A stretch of DNA of 64,000 nucleotides from Eledone cirrhosa (lineage: Eukaryota). Under the pieces are notes generated by a model, which saw only the letters and a program-made list of their open reading frames with translations, was not told where the DNA came from and searched no databases. Of this stretch, positions 1-11,493 are shown piece by piece. The stretch lies in assembly GCA_964016885.1 (NCBI GenBank), contig OZ024741.1, positions 132,742,001 through 132,806,000 of the forward strand, given 5' to 3'. The stretch's first letter is position 1. The number at the start of each line of letters is the position of its first letter. Both the position numbers and the translations under genes were made by a program.

Positions 1-1262
1 AGAAAATCACAGTGTGTCACACAAATGTTTCATGATCCTGGCAGACAAAATGCTAAATATTTTACTTTAAAAAAAATGGTGAGGGAGATATGCTGAAAAA
101 GCCAGTCTATTTCATGGAGCTCTTTCTTGTAGATGGCCACCTCCACCACTCAATCAAATAAAGTAGGGATGTGGTTTCGAAGATATTTAAAAATATGAAA
201 ACTAATAAAGAGAATGCCTGCTATATAAAAATGTGGTTTCAAATATATTCCTATGCCAAAAATGGTTAAAGGTGAAAAAATATACACTCTTTGGAAGAAA
301 ACATATAGATAGTCATCTAGTCATCTCTAATATATTATCATTCTTTTTTACTCTTTTGATACCAACTTACTAGAAACTGCCTCTAGTTTTCTCATACAAA
401 AATGTCCATATTAAAGTATTTTATTTAAATCTAAACCTGCTCTCAAAATTACATGCCAGAACCTACTGTTATATTATGTTCCAAACAACAGCCTCATAAT
501 GGAGAAAATACTTATTTTATTTAACACCTTTAAATTTCTGATTATTTAAAAAAACTAACTGAAAGACATGGTGTATTCTGTTAAAAATATAGTGACAAAA
601 GGGTTAGAGTGGCTAATCATGTTAAAATCTTGTTGAAAATATTCCATTTTAGACACATTCTCTAAAGATATTTTAACATATTTCCATGAATTGCTCACAA
701 AAAAACATATCTTTTCATAATCTACTCCACCTAGTTCACACAAAACTAAATTCTTATAGCTTTTTATTCAGTCTAAACACACCACACCTTCATGTACATA
801 CTATTACATAACTGAATCTATACACCTACGTAGAGATTTCTAAATCATTAAAACCATAGCTATATAAACATAGGTTTTTTTTTCTAATCAGTATATTTAT
901 ACAGGAATACATTCAGAGCAATAAGTACAAGCTGCTTAAACACTGGTGAAAATGTAGTTATACTGGTGTGAAACTAAGAACATGACTTCAATTGACAATT
1001 ACCAGAGAGAGTAAATCAATAAGTAATATTACTGTCATCTCTACAGGTCACTTCCAACTGACCTACTTCAACCACGAGTCAAGCACTTAATAAGGAATAA
1101 CTCCTAAGAACAAGTTGTTATGATTTTTCTCCATTTGATAAAGAAGTTTTAACCTTGAAATAATATGAAATATAGGGTAATAACTATTGTATTTTGTCAT
1201 TCTTACTTTACACTACTTTACATCATCATTATATTTCCTATTCACATTATACTGGCTTTCCA

Positions 1263-1475
1263 GGGTGGTGTATTAGCAGTATTGGTAGAGCGCCGGACAT
1301 GCTTTGAAGATTAGAGTTACATTCCTTTACATTCTGTGTTCAAATCTTGCTGAGATTAGCTTTGCCTTTCACCCTTACAGGGGTCAATAAAATTAAGCAC
1401 TGGTAATGGACTGGGTTGATTTAACTTTTCCCTCCCAAAAAATTGTTGGCCTTGTGCCTAAATCAGGAACCATTT
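1263..1475 (+). mobile_element. tRNA-derived SINE (degenerate)
   Basis: A-box-like TAGCAGTATTGG, B-box-like GTTCAAATC, body CTTTGCCTTTCAYCC...ATAAAAT shared with fragments at ~33727-33840, ~35060-35380(-), ~43950-44095(-) and ~47440-47515. Confidence 0.65.
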
Positions 1476-1624
1476 TACTGGCTTTCCTAATATATTTTTA
1501 ATAATAAAAATATTCATGATTCTATCAGACAATTAAATAAAAAGTTAGCTTTGACAAAAATCTCCAACAAAACATAAGGCAACAGAATGACAAAAAAATT
1601 TAATCATCTCTTTTTCATCAAACA

Positions 1625-1690
<66 letters not shown>

Positions 1691-1696
<6 letters not shown>

Positions 1697-2299
1697 TGTT
1701 GTTTACTCGAGAGAAGACTACGTTGGTACGGTCACGTGATGCGCATGAAAGATGACAGCTGTATAAAAAAGTGCAGGGCGATAAAAATAGACGGTAGCCA
1801 CGGAGTAGGCAGACCCAGAAAAACCTGGGACAACTTGATAAATTCCGACCTCACACACTTACACCTCTCCAAGACAATGTCACTGGACCGAGATCTTTGG
1901 CGCTACACAGTAACACAGAAGACCCGCCTTGCCTAAGTACAAAGCGAAACCTACAGTCAGTAGGCACCTCTAACAAAATACACCCCCCGTCCCACTACCC
2001 CCACCCCATCCACACCACCCCTTAAATGTGAAGTTATGTTGGTACCACAACATCCAGGCCGAAACAAATGAGGTCGTGTAGGTGTCACGACAAAAAAAAA
2101 AAAAAACACAGTCCACACTGTAATGTGGCTGTGTAGGTAACACGGTAAACGTGGTTGGTGTTAGGAAGGGCATCCAGCCGTAGAAAACCCGCCAGACAGT
2201 CCTATATGAGCAGGACAACAAATCTTGCCTCAAGTGGGAAAACTCCCGTCCAAACCCATGCAAGCGTGGAAGATGGACGTTAAACGATGATGATGATGA

Positions 2300-2303
<4 letters not shown>
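1691..2303 (+). mobile_element. 5'-truncated RTE copy (related subfamily)
   Basis: [10 protein letters not shown]...GRPRKTW C-terminus, same 3' UTR and (GAT)n tail, between (CT)n(AT)n and (TA)n. Confidence 0.92.
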
Positions 2304-2381
<78 letters not shown>

Positions 2382-2514
2382 TACTCTCTATGTCTGAAGT
2401 TTCTAGTTATGTATGTGCAATGATAAAAGAATAGAAGTTGTTGTCTGACTAGTCTGAATGAATGAATGTTTTCATCCCAGTGATATTATTAAAAAATAAC
2501 GAATATATACACAC

Positions 2515-2840
2515 ATACACAGTGCCCAGTCCACACTGTAAAGTGATGTGATGGTGATACAACAAAAAGTGCCCAATCTACACAGTAACGCAATTGTCTT
2601 GGTGCCACAACAAAAAGCACCCTGCCCACACTGTAAAGTGTTGTGTTGATATGACAAAAAGCGCCAAGTCCACACTGTGAATCTGGTTGGTGTTGAGAGG
2701 GGCATCCAGCTGTAGAAACCAAGCCAGAAACAGCTCTGTATGAACAAGACATGGTCACCTGATCTGACATGTCACACAACAGGCTAACTCATCTAACCCA
2801 TGCTAGCATGGAAAAATGGACGATAAACAATGATGATGAT
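2515..2840 (+). repeat. ~4 copies of the CCACACTGTAAAGT module plus RTE-type tail
   Basis: Repeated CCACACTGT(A/G)AA, then GGCATCCAGCTGTAGAAACC...CCATGCTAGCATGGAA..GGACGATAAACAATGATG. Confidence 0.7.
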
Positions 2841-3134
2841 ACACATCTTGTCTAGATATTTTTTTCACTGAACTTCTATTTAACACATATTTGTCTCTTT
2901 GTTTTGTTTTGTTTTTTTGTTATTTCTAAAAACCAGAGGATGCAAATAAGGATTATTGAAACACCAACGAAAAAATATATTTTTGTACACACAAGGAAAT
3001 ATGTTGTCAACCAGCTCCCTCACTCCCTCTGGCCCTTTCAAATTGCACTGCATCACTAGCTCACTAGGCAGCATAGTATGTGATTACTCTTATCATAAGC
3101 CTTTCCTTTCATATCCAGAACATGTATATATATA

Positions 3135-3177
<43 letters not shown>

Positions 3178-3402
3178 CTGACTATACACATACATGCTTT
3201 TTCTCCAAAAATATTATTTTCCGTTTCTTCCTCTTCTCGCTCTCCTCTACCTTTGTATTTCTTCTATAATTTCTCATTCTATTATCTGATAAAAGACTAG
3301 TGTTCGAAATGTTAAGACTCTTTTCCCTCTACATAAAGCATTAAACTAATAAATATCTTCATGGTACAATATTGTTTGCTTTGTTGTTTTCTATTTACTT
3401 TT

Positions 3403-3442
<40 letters not shown>

Positions 3443-3443
<1 letters not shown>

Positions 3444-4340
3444 GAGGTGGGTCAGAAAAGTTCCAGGACTGATGTCACAAAAGATTTATTTCAAACCCAA
3501 ACTTCACACTAAGAGTTTTCTCCTTCAAAGTAATCCCCCTGGAGTATGTAACTGTAATCTTAGCTCTCTGCAGCGATCAAACTTTTTTCTGCATAATTTT
3601 ATATACATGTCCTCTGTTTCAGGTCGTCAAGCAATGAGCACAGAGCAATGAACAAACTTGAAAACTCCATCAGAAGCACTGGGATTGCTGCAGCAAGTGT
3701 ATGGAGATGAGACGATGTCATGCTCACGTGTTTTTGAGTGGTGCAAGAGGTTTAAAGAAGGACTCGTAGACATGGAAGATGACCCCAGGAGTGGAAGGCC
3801 CTCAACAACCAGGACTGAGGTCAACGTTGAGTACGTCAGGCAGATGGTGCGTAGCGATCGTCGGCTGACTGTTCGACTGATGGCAAATGACCTGGGCATG
3901 AATTGGGACAGCGTCTGGAAGATTCTCACTGAAGATTTGGACATGCGGAAAGTCTGCGCGAAGATGGTGCCAAAACTGCTGAACAATGACCAGAAGGGTC
4001 AACGTATGCAAGTGTGCCAGGACATCCTCGAGCATCTTGAAACCGAACCAGACTTGCTAGGGACAATCATCACCGGTGATGAGTCATGGATCTTCGAGTA
4101 TGACCTGGAGGGGACCCGTTTTGAAGACGTGGACGACATCAAAAAGGCTGTGACGACGGAACTGCGGAGGATCCCGGAAGAATCCTTCCAGGAGTGCATG
4201 TAAGCATGGCAGAAAAGGATAGAAAAAAGTGCATTAGACTCCAGGGGGATTACTTTGAAGGAGAAAACTCTTTGTGTGAAGTTTGGGTTTGAAATAAATC
4301 TTTTGTGACATCAGTCCTGGAACTTTTCTGACCCACCTCG
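3443..4340 (+). mobile_element. Internally deleted mariner (Tc1/mariner) element with 103 bp terminal inverted repeats
   Basis: TA on both sides; TIRs 3443-3545 and 4238-4340 (1 mismatch seen); transposase remnant with RSGRP, MVPKLL, ITGDESW and GDYFEG; second and third catalytic Asp regions missing. Confidence 0.93.
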
Positions 4341-4342
4341 TA

Positions 4343-5912
4343 TATGCAAGTGTAAGCATCCTGTTATCAGAAAAATGTGTGGACAAGGTAATTTAGGAAG
4401 CTAAGGTGAATTATAGAGTCATTAAGCTTAGACTGGGCCTAGGTAAGACAACAGTGACAATTATCTCTGCATACATACCACAATCACGAATGACAGATAA
4501 ACTGAAAGACCACTTTTGTGAAACCCTTATGCAGGATACCTCTTTAACAAGTGACAGTTACTTTATAATCATGGCTTGTGATTTCAATGGATATGTTGGG
4601 CAATGCTGTGAGAGTTTTGGATTCGGTATAAAAAAATGAGAAAGGATTGAAGCTCCTAGAGTTTTGTGATGCTTATGGTCTGACTATCTGCAACACAAAC
4701 TTCAGAAAGCCAGCTAGCCACTTGATCACCTATAGGTCAGACAAACACAAAATCCAAATTGATTTTATCTACACCAGAAGCCAAGTCAGACTGATGGTTG
4801 CAAACACAAAGTCTCTTTCTGAGGTGGAGTGTATAACCCAACATAACTTAGTGATCAGTGACTTTAGAATCAGAGATGGGAAAACTTGAAAACAAAAAGG
4901 AAATTGGTGAAGGAAGATATGGAAGCTAGGGGAACCCTCCGTTGGTGACAAATTCAGGGATGCTCTACTTGATGCTTATGAATGGAAGGAAGAAGAGTTA
5001 GAAACCAGTAACAGTGAAGATCTTTGTGGGATAACTTGCTAAAGGCTACAAATAAGATTTGTGGCTGGTACAAGGCCCAAGGGTGATAAAGGGTGGCATG
5101 ATCAAGGAATAGCAGTGTGGATAAGGCAATTGAAAATAAGAAATAGGCATGACAGACTGGCAAAACGGGGAGGAGCAGGGAACAATATTAGAAAGCTAAA
5201 AGAGAAGCTGGGTGCCAGGTACACTTAGAAATGAAGGAAGCAAAAAGCAAGTGCTGTGAGGACCAAAGGTGTGAGGTATTCAGGATTGCAAGGCAGTGTG
5301 TAAGAGAAAATCAAGATATTGTTGAGAATGCATGCAAAAGGATAAATGATAGTGCTGCACATTCCCTCACCAACACTGAGAAGAAGGGATCATCGAAGTA
5401 CCATTATGAGAGATTCCTTGTGTCAAAAGTAGAAACAATTATGAGAGATTCTAAACGAGAATGCATGAGCAGGAGATGGTCTGCCTCAAGCAGATCCAAC
5501 AGAGGGACCAGCCATCCAAGTTAGCAGCAGAAAGGTAAGGCAATTAAGAATATAAAGACAGGTAAAGTAGCTGGACCATCAGGAATAGTTGCTGAGATGC
5601 TGATAGCATCTGGTTGGGTGGGACACTCACTAACCACACGTATAGTAAATCAAGTAATACAGGATGGCACCATACCTAATTACAGGCATGGCAGCATCAT
5701 CATCAACTGCTACATGGGCAAAGGTGATGCACTAAACAGACGAAACTCGAGAGACATCAAACTGATAGACCAGATCATGTAAGTTACAGAAAGAGTTATT
5801 GTGCAACTGATTAGGGATTGAGTTAAATCTAGAAGAGATGCTTTTTGACTTTGTACAAGGTAAAAATACCATAACTGCAGAAGTACCTAGCTAAGAGTAA
5901 TCCCTTCAACTT
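4343..5912 (+). pseudogene. Decayed RTE-like LINE fragment (endonuclease to start of RT)
   Basis: Broken ORFs 4406-4639, 4647-4889, 5231-5524 and 5597-5782 are collinear with the intact RTE protein (ISAYx[24 protein letters not shown], IINCYxGKGDAL). Confidence 0.88.
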
Positions 5913-6206
5913 GTTGTAGCAATGGTGATGGTCTGTGTATTAGGGAAGAGTTCTTCCACATTGTCCAGTTATCATTGTGGTAGTGAAAAACATGTTTGTT
6001 AATTCAAATGTTTATGGTGTATTTCCTAGTAAACAGATCATTGTGAACATTTGCAATAAATTAAAGTAAATATTTAACTATCTAATGTGATACTGTCAGA
6101 GTGTAGATTTGTACTCTAGAAGCATGTCTTGCTGATGCAGTTTCATGTGGTTCAGAATGTAAAAAGTCTATACTCAGAGAAGGAATCAATAATGTGTGAT
6201 ATTTAC

Positions 6207-6363
6207 CTAGTCAGTTTAGTACCAATTGCCTCTCGATCTTCTTGTTTCTCCTTCTCTGTTTTTATCGGAATGATGTTTTTCTCTACAAGTTCTCGTCGAG
6301 ATGGACGATTGTTCAAGAATCGAGCAAGGCTGTCATGACGTGCCACTTTGGCACCTAAAGAAT
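6207..6363 (-). CDS. PHACTR: PHACTR-family gene, internal exon E (157 nt, phase 1-2), RPEL motif
   Basis: Acceptor ttttattccag|AT, donor CTAG|gtaaat. Translates [52 protein letters not shown], an RPxxxEL motif followed by IGTKLTR as in vertebrate Phactr1-4. Confidence 0.95.
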
Positions 6364-6869
6364 CTGGAATAAAAAAAAAAAATAGACAAATAAATATATA
6401 AAGAACTGAAATAAAGCAAGGAGAATGTGAATTTTCACTGATATTACATTGAAATTATTACATTTTTCACACAACAAAAGTCAACTCATAAGAACAAGTC
6501 ACTCTAATTTTCTCTTGTTTGATAAAGGAGCTCTAACCCAAAATATAAGTGAAAACTATTGTTTAGTTTTGTCACCACTTTTCTTTACTCTAGTTTCACC
6601 TTTGTATTTCCAATTCATATTGTGCTGGCTTTTCCATAACATACTTAACCAAATGTCTCACAATGTTTCATATAAACTATACTATATTGAAATTTATACT
6701 TAATGAGTGAGAATAGTGTCACTGTTTTGAGGAGGGAGAAGCTATCCAGCCAGGGAGGTATGAGAAAGCAGAGTTAGGTCCCTTGTTCAGGCGTACAGAA
6801 CTATATCAGTAGAAAAATCTGAATTTAGAACCATGTAGTCATTATGTAATGCATCATGTTAACAAACTT

Positions 6870-7015
6870 TTGACTAACATACATATCTGGTTTGTTGGCT
6901 TTATGTATCTTGGTAAATATTTGACCAATACACATCTGGTTTGTTGGCTTTATGGATTTTGTTAACAAATATTTGACCAATATACATAATCTAATTTGTT
7001 GACTTTACAGATCTT
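6870..7015. repeat. Three ~50 bp tandem units
   Basis: TTGACYAA..ACATCTGGTTTGTTGGCTTTATG repeated. Confidence 0.7.
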
Positions 7016-8188
7016 GTACAGGGAGAGCTAAAAGTCACACAAAAATCAGACATTTTAATAAAATATATCATTTTCTTTGTATTTTTGAGAATTGATTTTT
7101 CACACCTAGCTTACATTTATATCCAATATAACAGAGGTAGGTTAGTTATAGTATGGTTGGTTGAGGTTGTTGAATATCAGTTTTAACCCATTCATTACCA
7201 TATTTCTAATGAAAGACACTATGATTTTTAATAATTTTGAAAATAATCAAGAATTTGGAATTATTTATCTGGTGTTTCAAACAACTCTTAATACACCAAT
7301 GATTCAACAGAAAATATCTAAAAACAAATTTGTTAATTCAAATGTTTATAGTATCTTTACTAGTGGATAGATTGTGAAAATTTGCAGTATTAGAGTAAAT
7401 ACTTTAATTATTCATGGGATGTAGTCATAGTGCTATTTTGTACTTTCCAGAGTGCCTTTCTAATGCAGTTTCATGTGGTATACATGAGGTTAAAATTTAA
7501 CAAAAGTTCTTACATAAAATTATAATGGAGGGTTTATAGATAAATATAAAGACTTTAAAATAAGCAGCTTTGTATCATAAAACAAGGAGCAATTCCAAGC
7601 GGTTTGGTATAAAAAATGTTTTTAAAATACCCTCCAAAGAAATGTGTTGTTATATTCTAGTTTAGTAGAGGAGAGCCTGTTGTATAGGTCTGCTGGTTCT
7701 GTGAGTAAATATCACATCAGTCATCTTTGTGATCATATACACCTGCTCTACACAGTTAATAGCTATAAATTCACAGATCATTTCGTAAACAACCAGATAT
7801 CATATAAGACAAGAATATAATCTTATTCTCTATTAATTTATATTATAAAGGGAGTCTTCTTTGTCCATCTCTCACACAATCACTGATAATTCTGTTTTCA
7901 TTGATACAAAATTCAGCATTATCTATCATCAGTGTTATCTCTCTCTCTCTCACTCCACCTTTTTCTGTATACAAGATATACATGCACACGTATATTATTA
8001 TGTAGGGTTTTTCATTATTGACAGATCATTTGACTCATTTTTCATACAAGTAGTATGAAAGTTTTGTTGTGCATGTATTATATATACATATATATAATAT
8101 AGTAATAATAAATGTGAAGACTAAAATCCGAAGAGGGCTCAATAAGGATTATATGCATATATACATTAAAAAAAAACCATGGACCAAA

Positions 8189-8315
8189 TATATGTACAGA
8201 TTAAAGTTTAAGCAAAGAATCGCTACTTTTACCCTTTTACGGGATCTTCTGAAACTGTTTGAGAAGATCCCGTAAAAGGGTGAAAGCAGTGATTCTTTGC
8301 TTAAATTTTAATCTG

Positions 8316-8323
<8 letters not shown>
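8189..8323. repeat. Near-perfect 135 bp palindrome
   Basis: 67 bp arms with ~5 mismatches and a 1 nt centre. Confidence 0.92.
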
Positions 8324-8346
<23 letters not shown>

Positions 8347-8719
8347 GCATCATCACTGTTTAACATCTATTTTTCCATGCTTCCATGAGTAGGACGGTTT
8401 CGTCTACATCATGAGACAAGTCTGGCCAGTTGGCCATTCCTTACTCAGATGGAACTGTATTTTGGTTGGGATTTTTACAGTTGGATGCCCTTCCTAACAC
8501 CAACCACATTTTTTATATATATATATATATAATACATATTATTTACCACTTTACTTATGAAGTCAGATCATTTCTCCCACTGGAATATTAAAATATGTAA
8601 GGTAAATTATTTGAATTTAATCGACTCTGATGAATTATTCTTCCAAGAATTAACTTTATTTTATTCTTGGTTAGTCTAATGAAACAATTGTAAGTCTATT
8701 AAATGTATTAATAATAATC

Positions 8720-9197
8720 CTTGGATTCATAATCGTAAAGTTGTGAGTTTGATTTCAGACAGGGTGGTGTGTTGTGTCTTTGAGCAAGACACTTTATTTC
8801 ACAGTGCTCCAGTGCACTCAGCTGTAGAAATGAGTTGTGACATCACTGGTGTCAAGCTCTATCAGCCTTTGCCTTTCCCTTGAATAACATCGGTCGCATG
8901 GAGAAGGGTGACAGGTGTGCATGGGCGACTGCTAGATTTTTACAAAAACACCTTACCCAGCCTTGTGCCTTAGAGGGGACTCTAGGTCCAAAACCTATGG
9001 TCATTCTTGACTGAAAGGGATATTTACCCTTTATATATATATATATGTACAAACACCATGTATGACCATACATTTAGCAGGATGCAGACCTTCGGCCTGT
9101 CTGGGAAGTTAGTAGGTCTACTTCAGTAGTGACTTGGTCTATGTAGATCTGTCCAACCCTTGCTAGCAAGGAAAGTGGACGTTAAATGATGATGATT
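8720..9197 (+). mobile_element. SINE-like element(s) ending in an RTE-type 3' tail
   Basis: Body TGTGTCTTTGAGCAAGACACTTTATTTCAC..GCTCCAGT shared with ~38490-38760(-), ~39225-39430, ~39860-39900 and ~46315-46500(-); ends GGACGTTAAATGATGATG like the RTE tail. Confidence 0.6.
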
Positions 9198-9696
9198 ATA
9201 ACCACTTTTTTTTAAATTTGGTATTTGGTAAAGGAACATATGATGAAAGCAAATGTTAGTCCATTTATAAGAGAATAGTTTATGTCCTAGTGAAATCAGA
9301 AGTAGTCATTGCAACCATTGAAGACTAGGTCTTCAATTTTACTCAAGCCACATTTCAAAGAAATATGAAGAAAAGAGATTAAGAATGAAAAGAAACAGCA
9401 AATGAATTAAGCAAAGAAAGCAATATGAGGAGTGAGCGTGTAAGTTAAATGGCCCAATAGTTAAACCAAAAATTGAAACCACATCACAAACATGGCTTTC
9501 TAGGAGTTTACCACCAGCACCACCACTCTAAAATATACAAGTATTCTAACTTACTATTGCATGACACAATGCATGCAAAACTCCTCCTTCCCCAAGAAAT
9601 CACTTTGAAAAGCAACCTTAAAAGGTAGGTTAGTTCTGAAATAACATGAAATACAACTTTCTAGTTTGGAATAACTGAATAAATAGAATTGATCTT

Positions 9697-10080
9697 GTTG
9701 TTTTTGATGTTATAGTTGTTGTTGTTAATGATGATGATGTTGATGATGATGATGATGATGTTAAGATGAAGATGATGATGATGTTAAGATGATGATGATG
9801 ATGATGATGAAAATAAGTTGATGATGATGTTATAGCAGTTGTTTTTGATGTTATAGATGATGATGATGACGTTATAGATGATGTTATTGATGATGATGAA
9901 GATGGTGATGATGGTGATAATGGTGATGGTGATGGTGGTGGTGGTGGTGCAATTTTTCATGTTATTGTTGTTGAAGTTATTAATGATATAACTGTTGTTA
10001 TTATTGTTGATGTAATAGTAGTAGCAGTTGTAGTTCTTGATAATGATGTTGTTACTGCAGTTGATATTATTGTTGTTGAC
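9697..10080. repeat. Degenerate (GAT)n/(GTT)n/(GGT)n trinucleotide tract
   Basis: Direct reading. Confidence 0.9.
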
Positions 10081-10147
10081 AATAGAAAAATAAGGTTACT
10101 TCTCCCTTAAAGACCAGGTTTTGTTCCACTGACCTGATCAAATGGCC

Positions 10148-10626
10148 TTAATCCTTAACTACATTACTCTATATTTACTATTGTATTTTTGTGGTAAAGA
10201 CTTTATCTCACATAATTATCTCACATGATATTAAATCTACAAGATTTTGATATTATTTATTTTAAGAACAATACCTTAATGTCAGCATGAGCAGCTGATT
10301 ATGACCAGTTTCAACAGAAAGAAGTGAAAGAATTCTGGCTGGATACGGCCAGTTTAATTGCTAAATTGGCCAGGTTTCATTCCATTGATCTGGTTATAAA
10401 ATAGCTTTAACCCTTTTAGCATTTACATTATTCTATATATACTATTGTATTTTTGTGGTAAAGACTTTATCTTACATAATTCTCTCATATAATATTGAAT
10501 CTATGAGATTTTGATGTTATTTATTTTGAGAACAATACCTTAATGCCAGTATGAGTGGCTAGTTACAGCCGGTTTGAATAGAAAGTGGTGAGAGAATTCT
10601 GGCCGGATAAAATGCTAAATGTTTAA
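10148..10626. mobile_element. Two adjacent decayed copies of the same piggyBac-type MITE
   Basis: 10148-10365 and 10407-10626 align with 35126-35337 (ACATTACTCTATATTTACTATTGTATTT...GAATTCTGGCCGGATA...TGCTAAA). Confidence 0.7.
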
Positions 10627-11286
10627 ATATTGCATATGACAGAGTTCGGGAGAATATGAAAAGTTAGCCAGTATCAGTTTTATATTGAATTATCTGAATA
10701 AAGAAATATGTTTAATGGAAACACTATTTTAGTACCTGTAAATTTGTTTATCGCTGCAAAACTATTACAAACATTAAAAAAATATATTTTGAAACAGAAA
10801 AAAGGGATTTGCTAGATAAAGAACATACAAAAATATGTAATATGTAACATAAAATATTACTTGGATCAAGTATGGACATTTACATTGTAATTGGTTTAGT
10901 TTTAATGAGTGTATTAATTACGAGTTTGGCATTCGATAGTCTTATCCCCTGGGTGTTTTGTTTATTGTTGGCTTTGTTTTCGAAGAGTATTATTTGCGTT
11001 ATTTAGGACATTCAGTGGTTACTTTGCATTTGTTCAAGATGTATCTATCTCAAGATTTAGATGGTCCTATTTGCTTATTTACACAACTTATGTTTATATT
11101 TACAGTATTAAGTGTGAATCATTGTTAAATGAGATGGTCATTTAGTGTGGTGTGACTGTACATGTGTTAAAAACCCAGGCCAAACAGTTGTAAAAAACCA
11201 AACAAAAAACAGAATGAGGTGCTATCAACATAGGCCAAACTGTCATAAAAGACCACACAAGAGGCTATTAATGGCAGCGAACTTAC

Positions 11287-11462
11287 TTGGATCTTTGTTA
11301 ATGTAACGGATATCTTCATCATCTGAGGAGTAGTCTTCATCATCATTATCATCATCATCATCGTCATCATTCTCGCTATCACCATCATCTCCCGGCAAAT
11401 TGTCATAGTCAGGATAATAGACATCAGCTGGAAGGTTTTCCTTGTCGCTATCATTACCAGAA
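11287..11462 (-). CDS. PHACTR: PHACTR-family gene, internal exon D (176 nt, phase 2-1), acidic tract before the RPEL domain
   Basis: Acceptor cttcattgttacag|T, donor CCAA|gtaagt. Translates SGNDSDKENLP...DDDDDDD...SSDDEDIRYINKDP, like the KEN + acidic segment that precedes the C-terminal RPELs in Phactr proteins. Confidence 0.9.
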
Positions 11463-11493
11463 CTGTAACAATGAAGACAGAAGAACTTAAAAA

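Noticed and set aside
1263-1350. tRNA gene
   Set aside because: Only degenerate A/B boxes followed by a SINE body; no cloverleaf.
3286-3318. Hammerhead-like CTGATAA...GAAAT
   Set aside because: Both core boxes deviate from CUGANGA and GAAAC and stem I does not form; at most a decayed remnant, so no ncRNA call.
1-6206. Next PHACTR exon (RLSxRPTAEELEQRNIL-like)
   Set aside because: Not found by eye; presumably lies beyond the left edge of the window.
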